From positions 448,001 through 512,000 of the forward strand of contig CAVURN010000003.1 in assembly GCA_963743915.1 (NCBI GenBank): a stretch of DNA of 64,000 nucleotides, written 5' to 3'. Shown in pieces: positions 40,008 to 51,460 of this stretch. Within the stretch, counting starts at the first letter, position 1. Each line of letters opens with the position of its first letter. Made by a program: the position numbers and the translations under genes. A model generated the notes under the pieces. That model saw only the letters and a list, made by a program, of their open reading frames with translations. It searched no databases and was not told the DNA's origin. The DNA is from an uncultured Actinomycetota bacterium (lineage in GTDB: Bacteria; Actinomycetota; Actinomycetes; JAHEKZ01).

Positions 40008-40430
40008 GTGACTGCGAACCTGCCCCCGAACCTGCTGGGCGAACCGCCCGCGACCCTGCTGCCCGAGAACGAGGTCGCCCGCGCCGCACTGGACGCCGGC
40101 ACCTCACCCCGCGAGGTGGCGGCCGCGCACCCCGACTACGCGCTGGCGTGGGCACTGCTCGCCGAGGGCGCACTCGCCGACGGCGAGGCGGTCGCCGCCT
40201 ACGCCTACGCGCGCACGGGTTACCACCGGAGCCTGGACCAGCTGCGACGCAACGGCTGGAAGGGTCACGGTCCCGTGCCGTGGGAGCACGAAGCCAACCG
40301 AGGCTTCCTGCGCAGCCTCAACGCGCTGGGGAAGGCGGCCGCCATCATCGGTGAGGACGACGAGGCGGACCGCTGTGCGCAGTTCCTGCGCGACTCCAGT
40401 CCCACCGCCGCCGAGGCGCTCGCCTCATGA
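40008..40430 (+). CDS. DUF3151 family protein
   Basis: AYAYARTGYHRSLDQLRRNGWKGHGPVPWEHEANRGFLR. Confidence 0.9.
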   Translation: MTANLPPNLLGEPPATLLPENEVARAALDAGTSPREVAAAHPDYALAWALLAEGALADGEAVAAYAYARTGYHRSLDQLRRNGWKGHGPVPWEHEANRGFLRSLNALGKAAAIIGEDDEADRCAQFLRDSSPTAAEALAS

Positions 40431-41590
40431 GCGACACCTCCGGCGCCGATCGGTTGCGACGACGCCTCGAGGCGCTGCTCGGCATCCCGATGACCGAAGG
40501 CAACGCGGTGGACGTCTACCGCAACGGTGACGAGATCTTCCCGGCCATGCTGGACGCCATCCGGAGCGCCGAGCGAACCGTCGACCTGACGACCTACGTG
40601 TACTGGAGCGGGGACATCGCGCGTGAGTTCGCCGATGCGCTGGCCGAGACTGCAGCCCGCGGTGTTCGGGTACGCGTGCTGATCGATGCTGTCGGCGGCT
40701 TCAAGATCGAGGACGGCCTGGTCGACCGCATGACCCGGGGCGGCGTCCACCTGCAGTGGTTCCGCAAGCCCTGGGCGAAGTCTCCGTTCAAGCAGAACCA
40801 CCGGTGCCACCGCAAGGTGCTCGTGGTGGATGAAGCGGTCGCCTTCACCGGAGGCGTCGGGATCGCCGAGGAGTGGACCGGCAACGCCCGCAATGCGGAC
40901 GAATGGAGGGACACTCACGTGCGCGTCAGAGGCCCTGCCGTGGACGGCGTGGCCGCGGGGTTCTCCCAGAACTGGGCCGAGGGCGACGAGCCGATGTACG
41001 ACGACGCCGACCAGTTCCCCGAGCACGAGCAGTGTGGCGCGGCCACCATCCAGGTGGTCCGCGGGTCGGCGTCCATCGGCTGGGACGACATGCAGACGCT
41101 CTTCCATGTCGTCCTGTCCTCCGCCCAGGAACGGATCCGGCTCACCACCGCGTACTTCGCCCCGAGCCAGGACTTCATCGACCTGCTGATCGGCCAGGCG
41201 AAGAACGGCGTCCAGGTGCAGGTGATGCTGCCCGGACCCGGCGCGGACAAACGGGTGTGCCAGCTCGCGTCCGAGTCGACCTACGCCGAACTCGTCGACG
41301 GCGGCATCGAGGTGTGGAACTTCCAACCGTCGATGCTCCACGCCAAGATCATGACGATCGACGAGGAGCTCAGCGTCATCGGATCGTCCAACTTCAACCG
41401 GCGCAGCATGGACCACGACGAGGAGATCGCTCTCGCCATCCTCGACCGGGACGTGACCGCGACGCTCGACCTGCACTTCGACGACGACCTCAAGCGCAGC
41501 CGACCGATCGACCTGGAGCGCTGGCGGGCCCGCGGTCCTGCGCAACGCACGCTCGAGTCGGCGGTGCAGCCGATCCGGCGCTGGCTGTGA
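40427..41590 (+). CDS. Phospholipase D / cardiolipin synthase family
   Basis: Two HKD motifs (HRKVLVVD, HAKIMTID), GSSNFNRRS. Confidence 0.92.
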   Translation: MSDTSGADRLRRRLEALLGIPMTEGNAVDVYRNGDEIFPAMLDAIRSAERTVDLTTYVYWSGDIAREFADALAETAARGVRVRVLIDAVGGFKIEDGLVDRMTRGGVHLQWFRKPWAKSPFKQNHRCHRKVLVVDEAVAFTGGVGIAEEWTGNARNADEWRDTHVRVRGPAVDGVAAGFSQNWAEGDEPMYDDADQFPEHEQCGAATIQVVRGSASIGWDDMQTLFHVVLSSAQERIRLTTAYFAPSQDFIDLLIGQAKNGVQVQVMLPGPGADKRVCQLASESTYAELVDGGIEVWNFQPSMLHAKIMTIDEELSVIGSSNFNRRSMDHDEEIALAILDRDVTATLDLHFDDDLKRSRPIDLERWRARGPAQRTLESAVQPIRRWL

Positions 41591-42562
41591 GTGCGTCCCT
41601 GCTGGACGGGGACGCGGCAGAGCACCTCGTCATCGGCGGTGGGATCAGCGGGATCACCTGCGCCGCGGTGCTGCGGGACGCCGGACGTCCCGTCGTCGTC
41701 CGGGACCGCGGGCACCGGCTCGGTGGGCGGATGGCGGTGCGCACCGTCGAGGGCCGCCCCATCGACATCGGGGCTGCCTACTTCACGGTCACCCATCCGC
41801 TGTTCCGCGAGGTCGTCGAGCGATGGGCCGACCTGGAGCTGGTGCGCCCGTGGACGGACACGTTCCATGTCGGTGCACCGGACGGTCTGATCGGGACGCG
41901 GACGGGACCGATGCGCTACGCGGCGACGCTCGGACTGCGTTCGCTCGTCGAGGAGCTCGCCCTCGGGACTGCCCGTGACACTGCACGACGAGGTGCACGA
42001 CGTCGGGCCGGGCCCGGTGGTCGATGGTGTTCCGTACACGTCGGTCGCGCTGGCGGTTCCGGGTCCGCAGGCACTGGACCTGCTCGCGGAGTCACTGGTC
42101 GCCGAGCGTGTCGCGTCCGACGGTTTGTGGGAGCCGTGCATCGCCGTCGTCGCCACTTTCGCCGATCGCTCGTGGCCCGAGCTCGACGGCGTCTTCGTCA
42201 ACGACTCGCCGGTGCTGACGTTCATCGCCGACGACGGACGCCGGCGCGGTGACGACGCGCCCGTGCTCGTCGCGCATGTGCACCCGCTGCTGTCCGCAGC
42301 CCATCTCGACGATCCCGATGCCGTGGTGGCACCCGCGCTGGAGGAGCTGTCGTCGGTGCTCAGCGTGCCGCTGCACCCGTCGTCGGTGTTCGCCAAGCGA
42401 TGGTCGCTGGCCAAGCCGCTGAACCCGCGACCGGAACCCTTCTGGCTCGGTTCCGAGCGGATCGGCCTCTGCGGCGACCGCTGGCACGGCCCGTCCCGGA
42501 TCGAGTCGGCCTATCTGTCGGGCAGGGCGCTCGGACGCGCCCTGGCCCAGCTGGGCACCTGA
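41587..42562 (+). CDS. Renalase-like FAD-dependent oxidoreductase (frameshift near 41970)
   Basis: VIGGGISG, LGGRMA, DIGAAYF; C-terminal GLCGDRW, ESAYLSG. Confidence 0.85.
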
Positions 42563-42568
42563 CGCAGG

Positions 42569-43450
42569 TCAGGGCGCGAGCAGCTGCCAGGCTGCGCGCA
42601 CCGCTGTCCACTCCCAGTGAGCTCGCGGCTCGCTGATCTCGCCGTCGACGTTGGCGCGCACCGGTTCTCCGTCGACCACGACTCTCACTCCGCGACGGGT
42701 GTCGACGTCGGACAGCTCGACATGTCGTCCCTCGCGCAGGCGGTAGGCGAAGCTCAGGCGACGCAGCGGGCCGGTGGTGGAGGCCACCGTCACGTCGACG
42801 AGCCCGTCGGTCGGGTCAGCGTCGGGGGCGAGCTCGGCACCTCCACCGATCGTGCGACCGACGGAGAGGCCGACCATCAGCACCCGCCCGCGCGCGGGCA
42901 TCCGGCGCCCGTCCACGTCCACGACGAGCGGCCAGCCGGGATAGCGGACCCCTGCCAGCACGGCGCCCACCGCGAAGCCGGGGGCACCGAGCCTCGCCTT
43001 GGCGCGGGCTCCGAGGCGGACCGCTTCGGCTCCGATGCCCAGGTGCACCGCGTTGACGGCGACCTGTCCGCCCGGTCCGACGAGCAGATCGTGCTGCTGC
43101 GGCTGGGCATCGAGCACGAGCGACGCCGCGGCGTGCACGTCGGACGGGATGCGGGTGGTGCGGGCCAGGTCGTTGCCGGTGCCCAGCGGCACGAGTCCGA
43201 CCGTGGTGGACGCCGCGACGCCGGCGCGGTGGAGGGCGTTGACGGCGGCGTGCAACGATCCGTCGCCACCGGCGACGACGAGCGTGCGCGCGCCGAGGGT
43301 GGCGACCACTGCGTCCAGCTCATCGGGGGAGCCCGTCTCCCGAACCTCGACGGGTCCGGCCGTCGCCAGCACCTCCCGCACCGTCGTCACGGCGTCGCGG
43401 TCGCTGCTGCCTGCGCCGCGGTTGGCGACGACGACGAAGGAGCGGGCCAT
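42569..43450 (-). CDS. Diacylglycerol kinase family protein
   Basis: VVANRGAG, AGGDGS, PLGTGNDLA, NVDGE. Confidence 0.88.
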   Translation of the reverse strand: MARSFVVVANRGAGSSDRDAVTTVREVLATAGPVEVRETGSPDELDAVVATLGARTLVVAGGDGSLHAAVNALHRAGVAASTTVGLVPLGTGNDLARTTRIPSDVHAAASLVLDAQPQQHDLLVGPGGQVAVNAVHLGIGAEAVRLGARAKARLGAPGFAVGAVLAGVRYPGWPLVVDVDGRRMPARGRVLMVGLSVGRTIGGGAELAPDADPTDGLVDVTVASTTGPLRRLSFAYRLREGRHVELSDVDTRRGVRVVVDGEPVRANVDGEISEPRAHWEWTAVRAAWQLLAP

Positions 43451-43495
43451 TCGCCCACTGTCGCACGACGACAGCCGGGCCCGAGGATCCGCTAG

Positions 43496-44833
<1,338 letters not shown>

Positions 44834-44838
44834 GGCAC

Positions 44839-44866
44839 TTGACTTTTTAGTTAAGTCTATTAACAT
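44839..44866 (+). promoter_or_regulatory. Promoter with overlapping palindromic operator, probably for the downstream TetR
   Basis: TTGACT-N16-TAACAT overlapping GTTAA-N5-TTAAC (44850-44864) in an AT-rich patch. Confidence 0.55.
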
Positions 44867-44886
44867 CAGCTCCGAGAGGAGTTCTG

Positions 44887-45705
44887 ATGACGATGACCGT
44901 TTCCGTTCCCCAGACCCGCTACCTCGACCGTCCCGGCGGCCGCCTCGGCTACGACGTGCAGGGAGAGGGTCCGCTGGTGCTGGCCGTCCCCGGCATGGGC
45001 GACCTCCGCAGCAGCTACCGCTTCCTGGCGCCGCAGCTCGTCGCGTCCGGCTACCGGGTCGCCACCGTCGACCTGCGGGGTCACGGCGAGAGCAGCACCA
45101 CGTTCTCGACGTACGACGACGTCGCGGCGGCGTCCGACATCGTCGCGCTGGTCGAGCACCTCGGCGGCCCGGCGATCCTGATCGGCAACTCGATGGGTGC
45201 GGGAGCGGCGGTCATCGCGACCGCTGATCGCCCCGACCTGGTCAGCCGGGTGGTGCTGCTCGGACCGTTCGTGCGCGAGGTGCCGATGCCGCCTGGCGTC
45301 GGGCTGGCGCTGCGGCTGGCGCTGTTGCGTCCTTGGGGGCCACGCTTCTGGCGGTTCTGGCACCGCAGGCTCTTCCCGAGCGCGGTTCCCGCCGACTACG
45401 ACGCCTACCAGCGCGAGCTGCACGCGTCTCTCAGGCGCCCGGGCGCCTGGCGTGCGCTGCAGCGGACCGCGCGCACGTCACACCAGCCCGCCGACGACCG
45501 GCTCGACAGTGTGAAGGCACCCACCCTGGTGGTGATGGGGGGCGCTGACCCGGACTTCCCCGATCCCGCAGCGGAGGCGCAGCTCATCGCCGACCGGGTG
45601 AGTGGCGAGGTGGTCGTCGTCCCGGATGTCGGTCACTACCCCCAGGCTGAGGCTCCCGACGTCACGGGACGCGCGGTCCTCGAGTTCCTCGGGACCCATG
45701 GCTAG
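44887..45705 (+). CDS. Alpha/beta hydrolase
   Basis: DLRGHGES, GNSMGA, GHYPQAE. Confidence 0.9.
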   Translation: MTMTVSVPQTRYLDRPGGRLGYDVQGEGPLVLAVPGMGDLRSSYRFLAPQLVASGYRVATVDLRGHGESSTTFSTYDDVAAASDIVALVEHLGGPAILIGNSMGAGAAVIATADRPDLVSRVVLLGPFVREVPMPPGVGLALRLALLRPWGPRFWRFWHRRLFPSAVPADYDAYQRELHASLRRPGAWRALQRTARTSHQPADDRLDSVKAPTLVVMGGADPDFPDPAAEAQLIADRVSGEVVVVPDVGHYPQAEAPDVTGRAVLEFLGTHG

Positions 45706-46285
45706 AGCCGGTGTCACGCCGGCGCGCGTCACCGACGTCGCGGCATCGGTGGCCGACCGAGACGGTCTGGACGCGCTGACCTTGGCCGCGGTCGCCGGCG
45801 AGCTCGGCGTCTCGGTGCCGAGCCTGTACAAGCACGTCGACGGCCTCGACGGCATGCACCGGCTTCTGACCGTGCGGGCGGTCGACGAGCTGGCAGCGGA
45901 CATCACCGCGGCGGTCGTCGGGCGCGCCGGCGCCGATGCGCTACCACCGCTGTGTCATGCGTACCGGAAGTTCGCGCGACAGCACCCCGGCCGGTACCAG
46001 GCGACGGTACGAGCTCCCGCGGCGGACGACTCGGAGCACCAGGAGGCCGCCCGCCGCGTCCTGACACCTGTCGTCGCGGTGGTCGCCGGGTACGGCGTGC
46101 CGGAGTCGGAGCAGGTCCACGCCGCGCGGGTGCTGCGCAGTGCGCTGCACGGGTTCGTGGTGCTCGAGCTCGGTGGGGGCTTCGGACTGCCCGAGGATGT
46201 CGACGTGAGCTTCGATCGGCTCGTCGCGTCCGCCGGATCGCGCGCTGACGTCCTGGCCGCAGCACTGAGCGTTCGCTACTCCTAG
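45698..46285 (+). CDS. TetR family regulator with WHG-type C-terminal domain
   Basis: LTLAAVAGELGVSVPSLYKH, RSALHGFVVLE; the 3' end may be frameshifted. Confidence 0.88.
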   Translation: MARAGVTPARVTDVAASVADRDGLDALTLAAVAGELGVSVPSLYKHVDGLDGMHRLLTVRAVDELAADITAAVVGRAGADALPPLCHAYRKFARQHPGRYQATVRAPAADDSEHQEAARRVLTPVVAVVAGYGVPESEQVHAARVLRSALHGFVVLELGGGFGLPEDVDVSFDRLVASAGSRADVLAAALSVRYS

Positions 46286-46295
46286 GGTGTGGGCG

Positions 46296-47372
46296 ATGTC
46301 CTCGACGGTGCGCACGGCCCGCCCGGACGACCACGCGCGCGTCGCCGCCGCGGTCGACCGTGGTGGGGCGGGCGTCAGCTGTCGTCCCTGCTGCAACCGC
46401 TCTTCCTCGAGCACTTCAGCGGCACCAGCCTGGTGGCCGAGTCGAGTGCCGGTGACCTGGTGGGCTTCCTGGTCGGCTTCGTGTCGCGGGACGACCCGCG
46501 CATCGGGTACGTCCACTTCGCCGGTGTCTCACCCGCACAGCCGAGGAACCGGACTCGGTCGCGAGCTCTATCAGCGGTTCGCCGATCGCATGGCGGCACG
46601 CGGTGTTCGGCGACTGCGGTGCGTGACGTCGGTCGTCAACATCGACTCGGTCGCGTTCCACGAGGCGATCGGGTTCCGGTCGCCGGTCACAAGGCCGATG
46701 CGGGCGTCGACGGCGGGGAGTATGTGCAGCTGGAACGCGAGCTGCCGGTTGCCCCGAGCCCGCCGCGCGGCCGGCGACCTGGCCACCCGCGCGCGACACC
46801 GTCCTGGTCGGTGACGTCGTCGAGGTGCGTCCCACCGTCCCGGATGACGCCGACGGCCTCTTCACTGCACTGGACCACGCCTGGTGTGGGAACACCTGAC
46901 GGTCGAGCGGCCGCGCATGGCCTTGGAGATGCGCGAGCACGTCGAGCGCGCGCAGCAGTCGATGCATCCGTGGACGGTGCGCCTGCGTTCGCCGCTGCGC
47001 GATCTGCCGGCGGGCGCCGTCGTCGGGTGGTCGTCCTACCTCGAGGTGTCCGCCCCCGATGCTCGTCTCGAGATCGGGTCGACCGCGTACGCACCGGCGG
47101 TCTGGGCGTCCAGGGTCAACCCCGAGACCAAGCTGCTGCTGCTCGGGCACGCCTTCGACACGCTCGGCTTCGGGCGCGTGCAGCTCAAGACCGACGTGCG
47201 CAACACGCGGTCACAGGACGCGATCGCCCGACTCGGAGCCGTGCGCGAGGGACTCCTGCGTCGCTATCAGCGCAGGCGCGACGGATCGGTGCGCGACACC
47301 GTGCTCTTCTCGATCACTGACGACGAGTGGCCCGCGGTGCGCGACAAGCTCGAGTCGCGCCTGCAGGGCTAA
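46296..47372 (+). CDS. Tandem GNAT acetyltransferase (two domains; several frameshifts)
   Basis: Fragments WWGGRQL..LFLEHF, RGTGLGRELY, SVAFHEAIGF, then RimJ-type LEIGST..RVQLKTDVRNTRSQDAIARLGA. Confidence 0.7.
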
Positions 47373-47731
47373 CCGGGCAGCGCGTAGTTCGAGAAGCCGG
47401 CCCAGTCGACCATGATCACCGTGTCGTCCCCTACCACCCAGGCGTCATGGCCAGGGGGTATCAGGCTGACGTCACCGGCTCCCACCTCGAACTCCGTGCC
47501 GTCCGCCATCTTGACGTGCAGCGTTCCCTGGAGCTGGTACCCGGCGTGGGGAACGAGGCACTGGTCGGTCTTTGCGATCGGTTTGATGTCGTTCGACCAG
47601 CGCCAGCCCGGCTCGAAGTACGCCCGACCGATCTCGCCTTCCTCGGTGCGGACGAGCTCGAGGCGTCCGTTGGGGAAGTTGCGGACCTCGTCGGGCTTCT
47701 CGAAGGTGTGGTGGTGTGCCTGCTTGGCCAT
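47369..47731 (-). CDS. Cupin domain protein
   Basis: FEPGWRWS, CLVPHAGY, IPPGHDAWVVG; GGAG RBS. Confidence 0.88.
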   Translation of the reverse strand: MAKQAHHHTFEKPDEVRNFPNGRLELVRTEEGEIGRAYFEPGWRWSNDIKPIAKTDQCLVPHAGYQLQGTLHVKMADGTEFEVGAGDVSLIPPGHDAWVVGDDTVIMVDWAGFSNYALPG

Positions 47732-48066
47732 GGACTCCTCCTTCAGGAGTAGGAGCCCACTCAACGCCCGACGTCGGACGAGGACAAGACACCAACGGGT
47801 GGTTCTCGGGTCAGTGCCCGACTCCCGACATCACGGTCGCGATTCGGGATTCCGATCTCTGGTTTCGCTGACACCGATCCGTTCATCCCGTGGCCGACGT
47901 GGCGCAGGCCGTGGAGGAGAGCATCAGGGTGCGGTCGTTGCCTCCCCCACACGGCAGGGCAGCAAGCCTGTGCCGGGGTAGGGCTGAAGGTCTTGCCCGC
48001 TGTCGACGGGCGGCGCGCGGGGCCTACCCTGGAGCCGTTCGCGCACGTCACGGCCTAGGAGTCCCC

Positions 48067-49432
48067 ATGAACGCTCCCACCCCCGACCCCGCCCGCGGTG
48101 AAGAGGTCGTCGCTCTCGACCGCAAGCACGTCTTCCACTCGTGGTCGGCGCAGGGCGCGTTGAACCCCTTGCCGATCGCGGCGGCTGAGGGCTCCTACTT
48201 CTGGGACTACGCGGGGACGCGCTACCTCGACTTCTCGTCGCAGCTGGTGAACACCAACATCGGGCACCAGCACCCCAAGGTCGTCGCCGCGATCCAGGAG
48301 CAGGCCGGACGACTCGTCGACCATCGCTCCGCAGCACGCGAACGACGTCCGCAGCGAGGCGGCCCGTCTCATCAGCGAGCTGGCGCCGCCGAACCACAAC
48401 AAGGTCTTCTTCACCAACGGCGGGGCCGACGCCAACGAGAACGCTGTCCGCATGGCACGGCTGCACACCGGACGCCACAAGGTGCTGTCCGCGTACCGCA
48501 GCTACCACGGCAACACGGCGACGGCCGTCACGCTGACCGGCGACCCGCGGCGTTGGCCGAACGAGAACGGCATCGCCGGCATCGTGCACTTCTTCGGCCC
48601 GTACCCGTACCGCTCGCCGTTCTGGGCCGAGAGCGACGAGCAGGAGGCCGAGCGCGCGCTGCAGCACCTCGAGGCGGTCATCGAGTTCGAGGGCCCGCAG
48701 ACGATCGCGGCGCTCGTGCTCGAGACTGTCGTCGGGACGGCGGGCGTCCTGATCCCACCGGCGCACTACCTGCAGGGTGTGCGCGAGCTGTGCACCAAGT
48801 ACGGCATCGTCTACATCGCCGACGAGGTCATGGCCGGCTTCGGCCGCACCGGTGACTGGTTCGCGTACGAGCACTTCGGCGTCGAGCCCGACCTCATCAC
48901 CTTCGCCAAGGGCGTGAACTCCGGGTACGTGCCCGGTCGGCGGCGTGATCATCAGCGACGAGATCGCCGCCACGTTCGACGACCGGGTCTTCCCGGGTGG
49001 CCTGACCTACTCCGGGCCACCCGCTGGCGGCCGCGTCCATCGTCGGCACGATCAACGCGATGCGCGACGAGGGCATCGTCGAGAACGCCCGAGCGATCGG
49101 TGAGAACGTCCTCGGGCCCGGGTCTGCGCGAGCTCGCCGAGCGTCACCCCGTGATCGGCGAGGTGCGAGGGCTCGGTGTCTTCTGGGCGCTCGACCTGGT
49201 CAAGAGCCGCGAGACGCGCGAGATGCTCGTGCCCTACAACGCCGCGGGCGCCGCCAACGCGCCGATGGTCGAGCTGGTCGGCGCCTGCAAGAGCCGTGGC
49301 CTGATGCCGTTCACCAACTACAACCGGCTGCACGTCGTGCCGCCGTGCACCGTCTCGGAGACCGAGGCCAAGGAAGGCCTGGCGATCCTGGACGAGGCCT
49401 TCGGCGACATCGCCGAGCACTACCAGGGCTGA
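48067..49432 (+). CDS. Class III PLP aminotransferase (several frameshifts)
   Basis: VFHSWSAQ, YLDFSSQLVNTNIGH, SYHG, DEVMAGFGRTG, FAKG, VRGLG. Confidence 0.88.
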
Positions 49433-49470
49433 CCGGACGTCGTCGTTCGGGGGTGGGTAGGGTCGCCCGC

Positions 49471-50746
49471 GTGGACGTCCTCGTCGTCGGAGCCGGTGCC
49501 CGCGAGCACGCCCTGTGCCGGGCCCTGAGCCTCGACGAAGAGGTGGGCGCGCTGTACTGCGCGCCCGGCAACGCGGGCACCGCACAGGTGGCGACCAACA
49601 CTCCCGTGGACGCCGCCAGCCCTGACGCGATCGCCGAGCTCGCCGCGTCCATCGGCGTCGACCTCGTCGTGATCGGTCCCGAGGCGCCGCTGGTCGCCGG
49701 TGCTGCGGACGCGGTACGGGCCCGCGGCATTGCCTGCTTCGGGCCGTCGGCTGAGGCGGCAGAGCTCGAAGGCTCCAAGGCGTTCGCCAAGCAGGTGATG
49801 GCGGCGGCGAGCGTCCCCACGGCCATGGCCCACATCTGCGAGACGGCGGAAGAGGCAGCGAACGCCCTGGACGCCTTCGGCCCGCCGTACGTGGTCAAGG
49901 ACGACGGTCTCGCTGCCGGCAAGGGCGTCGTCGTCACCGACGACCGCGACGTCGCACTCGCGCACGCCGCGGCGTGCGGACGCGTCGTCGTCGAGGAGTA
50001 CCTCGACGGACCCGAGGTCTCGCTGTTCTGCATCACCGACGGCAGCCACGGTGGTGCCGCTCGTCCCGGCGCAGGACTTCAAGCGTGCGGGAGACGGAGA
50101 CGCCGGACCGAACACCGGCGGCATGGGTGCGTACTCGCCGCTCCCGTGGGCGCCGGAGTCATTGGTCGACGACGTCGTGCGCACGGTGGTGCAGCCCACC
50201 GTCGACGAGATGGCCCGCCGCGGCACACCCTTCAGCGGTCTGCTCTACACGGGTCTCGCGATGACGTCGCGCGGCATGCGCGTCGTCGAGTTCAACGCAC
50301 GTTTCGGCGACCCGGAGACGCAGGTCGTCCTCGCCCGGCTGCTGACGCCGCTCGGTGCCGTGCTGCGGGCTGCCGCGCTCGGGCATCTCGCCGATCTGCC
50401 AGACCTGCGATGGACGCCGAATGCGGCGGTCACCGTCGTGGTCGCAGCGGAGAACTACCCGGACACACCTCGTACCGGAGACCCGATCGAGGGGCTGGAC
50501 GCCGCCAACGCAGTTCCCGACGCCTATGTGCTGCACGCGGGGACTCGGCTCGAGGGGGACCAGGTGGTGAGTGCCGGTGGCCGGGTGCTCTCGGTCGTCG
50601 GGACCGGACCCGACCTGGCCGCCGCGCGGGCGGCTGCCTACACGGCGGTCGACCGCATCTCGCTGGCGGGCTCGCACCACCGGTCCGACATCGCGGAGGC
50701 CGCGTGCGGAGCGCATGCAGTAGACATGCAGAGTGCATGCAATTAG
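49471..50746 (+). CDS. purD: Phosphoribosylamine-glycine ligase (frameshift near 50050)
   Basis: [57 protein letters not shown]. Confidence 0.93.
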
Positions 50747-50759
50747 CATGCATGCATGC
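50713..50759. promoter_or_regulatory. CATGC/GCATGC palindrome cluster, probable antitoxin operator over a leaderless promoter
   Basis: GCATGC 50713, CATGCA 50725, TGCATGCA 50734, GCATGCATGCATGC 50746-50759; TAGCAT lies 6 nt before the ATG. Confidence 0.55.
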
Positions 50760-50981
50760 CCAAGACACTCCAGGTCCGCAACGTCCCCGACGAGGTCCAC
50801 GCTGCCCTCCGCCGCCGAGCCGATGAGTCAGGTGTGTCGCTGTCGGAGTACGTGCTGCGCGAGATCCTTGCGAACGCGACCAAGCCATCGAACGCCGACA
50901 TCTTTGCCCGGCTGGCGCCGCTCAGGGGTGACTTCTCGACGTCGGAGATCCTCGACGCCATCCACGCCGATCGACCGATGA
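50756..50981 (+). CDS. vapB: FitA/VapB-like ribbon-helix-helix antitoxin
   Basis: TLQVRNVPDEVHAALRRRA...SLSEYV; reads in frame into VapC in this assembly. Confidence 0.8.
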
Positions 50982-51379
50982 TCGTCGTCGATGCGTCAGT
51001 GGTGGTCGCCGCCTTGACGGCACAGCGCGCGGTTGGCCCCGCGGCCCGCGAGGTTCTGCAGAGTGCGGGCCGGCCGCTGGCTGCCCCCGCCCTGATCGAC
51101 CTCGAGGTTGCGTCGGCCCTCAGGCGGCTCGAGGGAAGCCTCCATGCTCCTTCCGGCATGGCCGAGACGGCGCTGGCCGAGCTGTCGTCGCTGCGACTGG
51201 AACGGTGGCCGCACGAAGGCCTCCTCCCTCGGGTGTGGCAGCTGCGTCACAACCTCACCCCGTACGACGCCGCCTACGTCGCGCTCGCGGAACGTCTGGG
51301 CGCAACGTTGGTGACCGCGGACGGTGCGCATCTTGCAGCGCCCGGGATCAAGTGCGACATCAGGATTCTCAGCGGATGA
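50978..51379 (+). CDS. vapC: VapC PIN-domain toxin
   Basis: MIVVDASV, LEVASALR, NLTPYDAAYVALAE, LVTAD. Confidence 0.92.
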   Translation: MIVVDASVVVAALTAQRAVGPAAREVLQSAGRPLAAPALIDLEVASALRRLEGSLHAPSGMAETALAELSSLRLERWPHEGLLPRVWQLRHNLTPYDAAYVALAERLGATLVTADGAHLAAPGIKCDIRILSG

Positions 51380-51460
51380 GCCGCCGCCCTGGAGCGGGCG
51401 CGGTATCGCGCGACAGAGCAGGGATTTCGGCTCCTCTGATCAACCTGGGAGAATGACGCG

